From the human T2T-CHM13v2.0 reference genome, Homo sapiens, in assembly GCF_009914755.1 (NCBI RefSeq), contig NC_060935.1: a DNA stretch of 64,000 nt. One strand, given 5' to 3'. Every line of letters begins with the position of its first letter. Within the stretch, counting starts at the first letter, position 1. Shown here piece after piece: positions 57,551-64,000 of the stretch. Position numbers and translations under genes: made by a program. The notes under the pieces are model-generated. The model was given only the letters and a program-made list of their open reading frames with translations. It was not told the DNA's origin and did no database searches.

Positions 57551-57909
57551 CTAATGGAGTATGAAAATGTTCTAAAATTAGATGGTAGTGATGGTTCCAC
57601 AGGCTTGTAAATATACTAAAAAAGATTGAGGTCTAGCACGGTGGCTCACACCTGTAATCCCAACACTTTGGGAGGCTGAGGAGGTCAGATCACCTGAGGA
57701 GTTCAAGACCAGCCTGACCAAAATGGCGAAATCCTGTCTCTACTAAAAAATACAAAAAAATTAGCCAGGTGTGATGGTGCACACCTGAAGCCCCAACTAC
57801 TCAGGAAGCTGAGGTGGGAGAATTGCTTGAACCAGGATGTGGAGGTTGCAGTGAGCTGAGATCTTGCCACTGCACTCCAGCCTGGGCGACAGAGTGAGAC
57901 ACTGCCTCA

Positions 57910-58152
<243 letters not shown>

Positions 58153-58255
58153 TCAGTGAGCTGTGATCACGCCATTGTGCTCCAGTCTGGGCAACAAGAA
58201 AGACTCTGTCTCAAAAAAAAAAAAAAAAAAAAAAAAGATTGAATTGTACACTTGA

Positions 58256-58468
<213 letters not shown>

Positions 58469-58715
58469 TAGCCAGGATGGTCTTGATCTCCTGACCTCGT
58501 GATCCACCTGCCTCGGCCTCCCAACGTGCTGGGATTACAGGCATGAGCCACCGCGCCCAGCCAAGTATGTGTATTCTTTAAATGATATGTGATGGACCAG
58601 GCACAGTGTCTCATGCCTGTAAGCCCAGCAGTTGGGGAGGCTGAGGTGGGAGAATCACTTGAGCCCAGGAGTTTGAGACCAGCCTAGGCAACGTAGTGAG
58701 ACCCCATCTCTACTA

Positions 58716-58940
<225 letters not shown>

Positions 58941-59152
58941 TTAGAGCAAGTAGGTAAGATATTAATCTAGTGCTTGGGCACATGGAGCCAGGAGAAAGGA
59001 GTTAAATGTAAACTGAAGCCCAAAGTGTGGGAAAGATAGTAAGTGAGCCTCTGTGTATTTCAAGGAGTTCAAGACTCTTGGGCCCAGATAAATTACCTCC
59101 TAGGGCACTGAAAGAACTTGTAGGTGTAGTAATTATTTAAACTAATTTATGA

Positions 59153-62820
<3,668 letters not shown>

Positions 62821-63149
62821 AAACCACCCACAGATTTTTTTAAAGTGGTATGGATAGAATGAAAGTGAAAGGAGTCCTTCCAGAACCCTTAATAAAATCA
62901 AGCCTATTTCCAAGAAGATAAATTCTAAAAGGTAGGGACCTCATCTGTGTATTCACGACAGTACCCTCAGCTCCTAACAGGCCCCAAATATTTGTTTAAG
63001 GTTGAGTGTTGACTCCTCCAGGGTTGACCACGGAGAGAGATCCCTGGTGCACAGTAGAAAGTGGGGAAGTAAGGGTACAAGGTGAATCGTGGGCAAAAAA
63101 GTCTTGGTGAAAGTTTGGGTTTTGGGAGGTTTTCATTGTTATTGTTACA

Positions 63150-63570
63150 AATTTTGGTTTTGAATTTGGTTAAATGTTTTTTATGCATCTGAGATAATCA
63201 TATGGTTTTTCTCCTTTATTCTATTAACATGGCGAATTACGTTAATTGATTTTCAAATGTTAAACCCAGCTTGCATTCCTAGAATAAACTCACTTTGGAA
63301 GGCTGTGTTATCCTTTTTACATATTGCTGAGTTCAATTTGCTAATATTTTGTTAACAATTAACTCACCAGGGCCTAAGATTTTAAATTTCAAATCCAGTT
63401 TATTTAATTGATATAGGACTACTCAGATATTTTATTTCTTCTTGAGTCAGTGTGGTCATTTGTGTCCTTCCAGGAATTTATTCATTTCATTTATGTTGTT
63501 AAATTTATATTGATAAAAAGTTGTTCATAATGTTCTATTATCTTTTCAATGTCTGTAGAAACAATAACGA
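63150..63570 (-). mobile_element. L1M fragment
   Basis: ttgattttcaaatgttaaacc...ttgcattcctagaataaa...tttgctaatattttgtt. Confidence 0.7.
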
Positions 63571-64000
63571 AGTGCCCTCTTTTACTTGGACCAAAAACTA
63601 AATCTTGGGATAAGAGTCAAAACTTGGGGCTGCCAGGCACGGTGGCTGACACCTATAAGCTCAGTACCTTGGGAGGCTGAGGCAGGAGAATTGCTTGAGT
63701 CCAGGAGTTTGACACCATCCTGGGCAACATAGTGAGACCCCATCTCTTTAAAAAGTAAAAAGTTAGCCAGGCATGGTGTTGCAATCCTGTCATCCCAGCT
63801 ACTCAGGAGGCTGAAGTAGGAAGATCATTTGGGCCCAGGAGTTCCAGGCTGCAGTGAGCCCTGATCCTGCCACTACACTCCAGCCTGGGTGACAAAGCAA
63901 GACTCTGTCTCTAAAAATAAACACATTAAATATAAACTACAGGGCCTAGCGTGGTGGCTCACGCCTGTAATTCCAGCACTTTGGGAGGCCGAGGCAGGCG

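Overview
Primate, almost certainly human, genomic DNA that is very Alu-dense. The left ~19.5 kb holds the 5' end of DDX6 (DEAD-box helicase RCK/p54, 11q23.3) on the minus strand. It comprises a CpG-island promoter with a non-coding first exon (~17.3-19.6 kb) and three coding exons reconstructed with GT-AG boundaries and continuous frame (13126-13325, 8196-8259, 6707-6811; 123 codons, through the Q motif). The gene continues past position 1. The rest is intergenic: Alu, L1, L2, MIR, MER and LTR relics, a 33-nt tailless U2 snRNA retrocopy, and an Alu-fragmented processed pseudogene of SET (alpha isoform) at ~59.5-62.8 kb. Most ORF-track entries are Alu or GC-rich artefacts. I found no new protein-coding system. 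The structures least explained by standard annotation are all around DDX6: (1) a G-rich array of a conserved 21-nt core with variable linkers just upstream of the promoter; (2) a composite inverted-plus-direct duplication bracketing the start-codon exon; (3) a ~365-bp direct duplication bracketing the Q-motif exon; (4) an AUG-free 5'UTR exon carrying three AAUAAA signals, hairpins and a perfect 5' splice site 6 nt after its acceptor; (5) a strong-Kozak, RG-rich candidate uORF. All functional readings are hypotheses, and repeat boundaries are approximate (read by eye).
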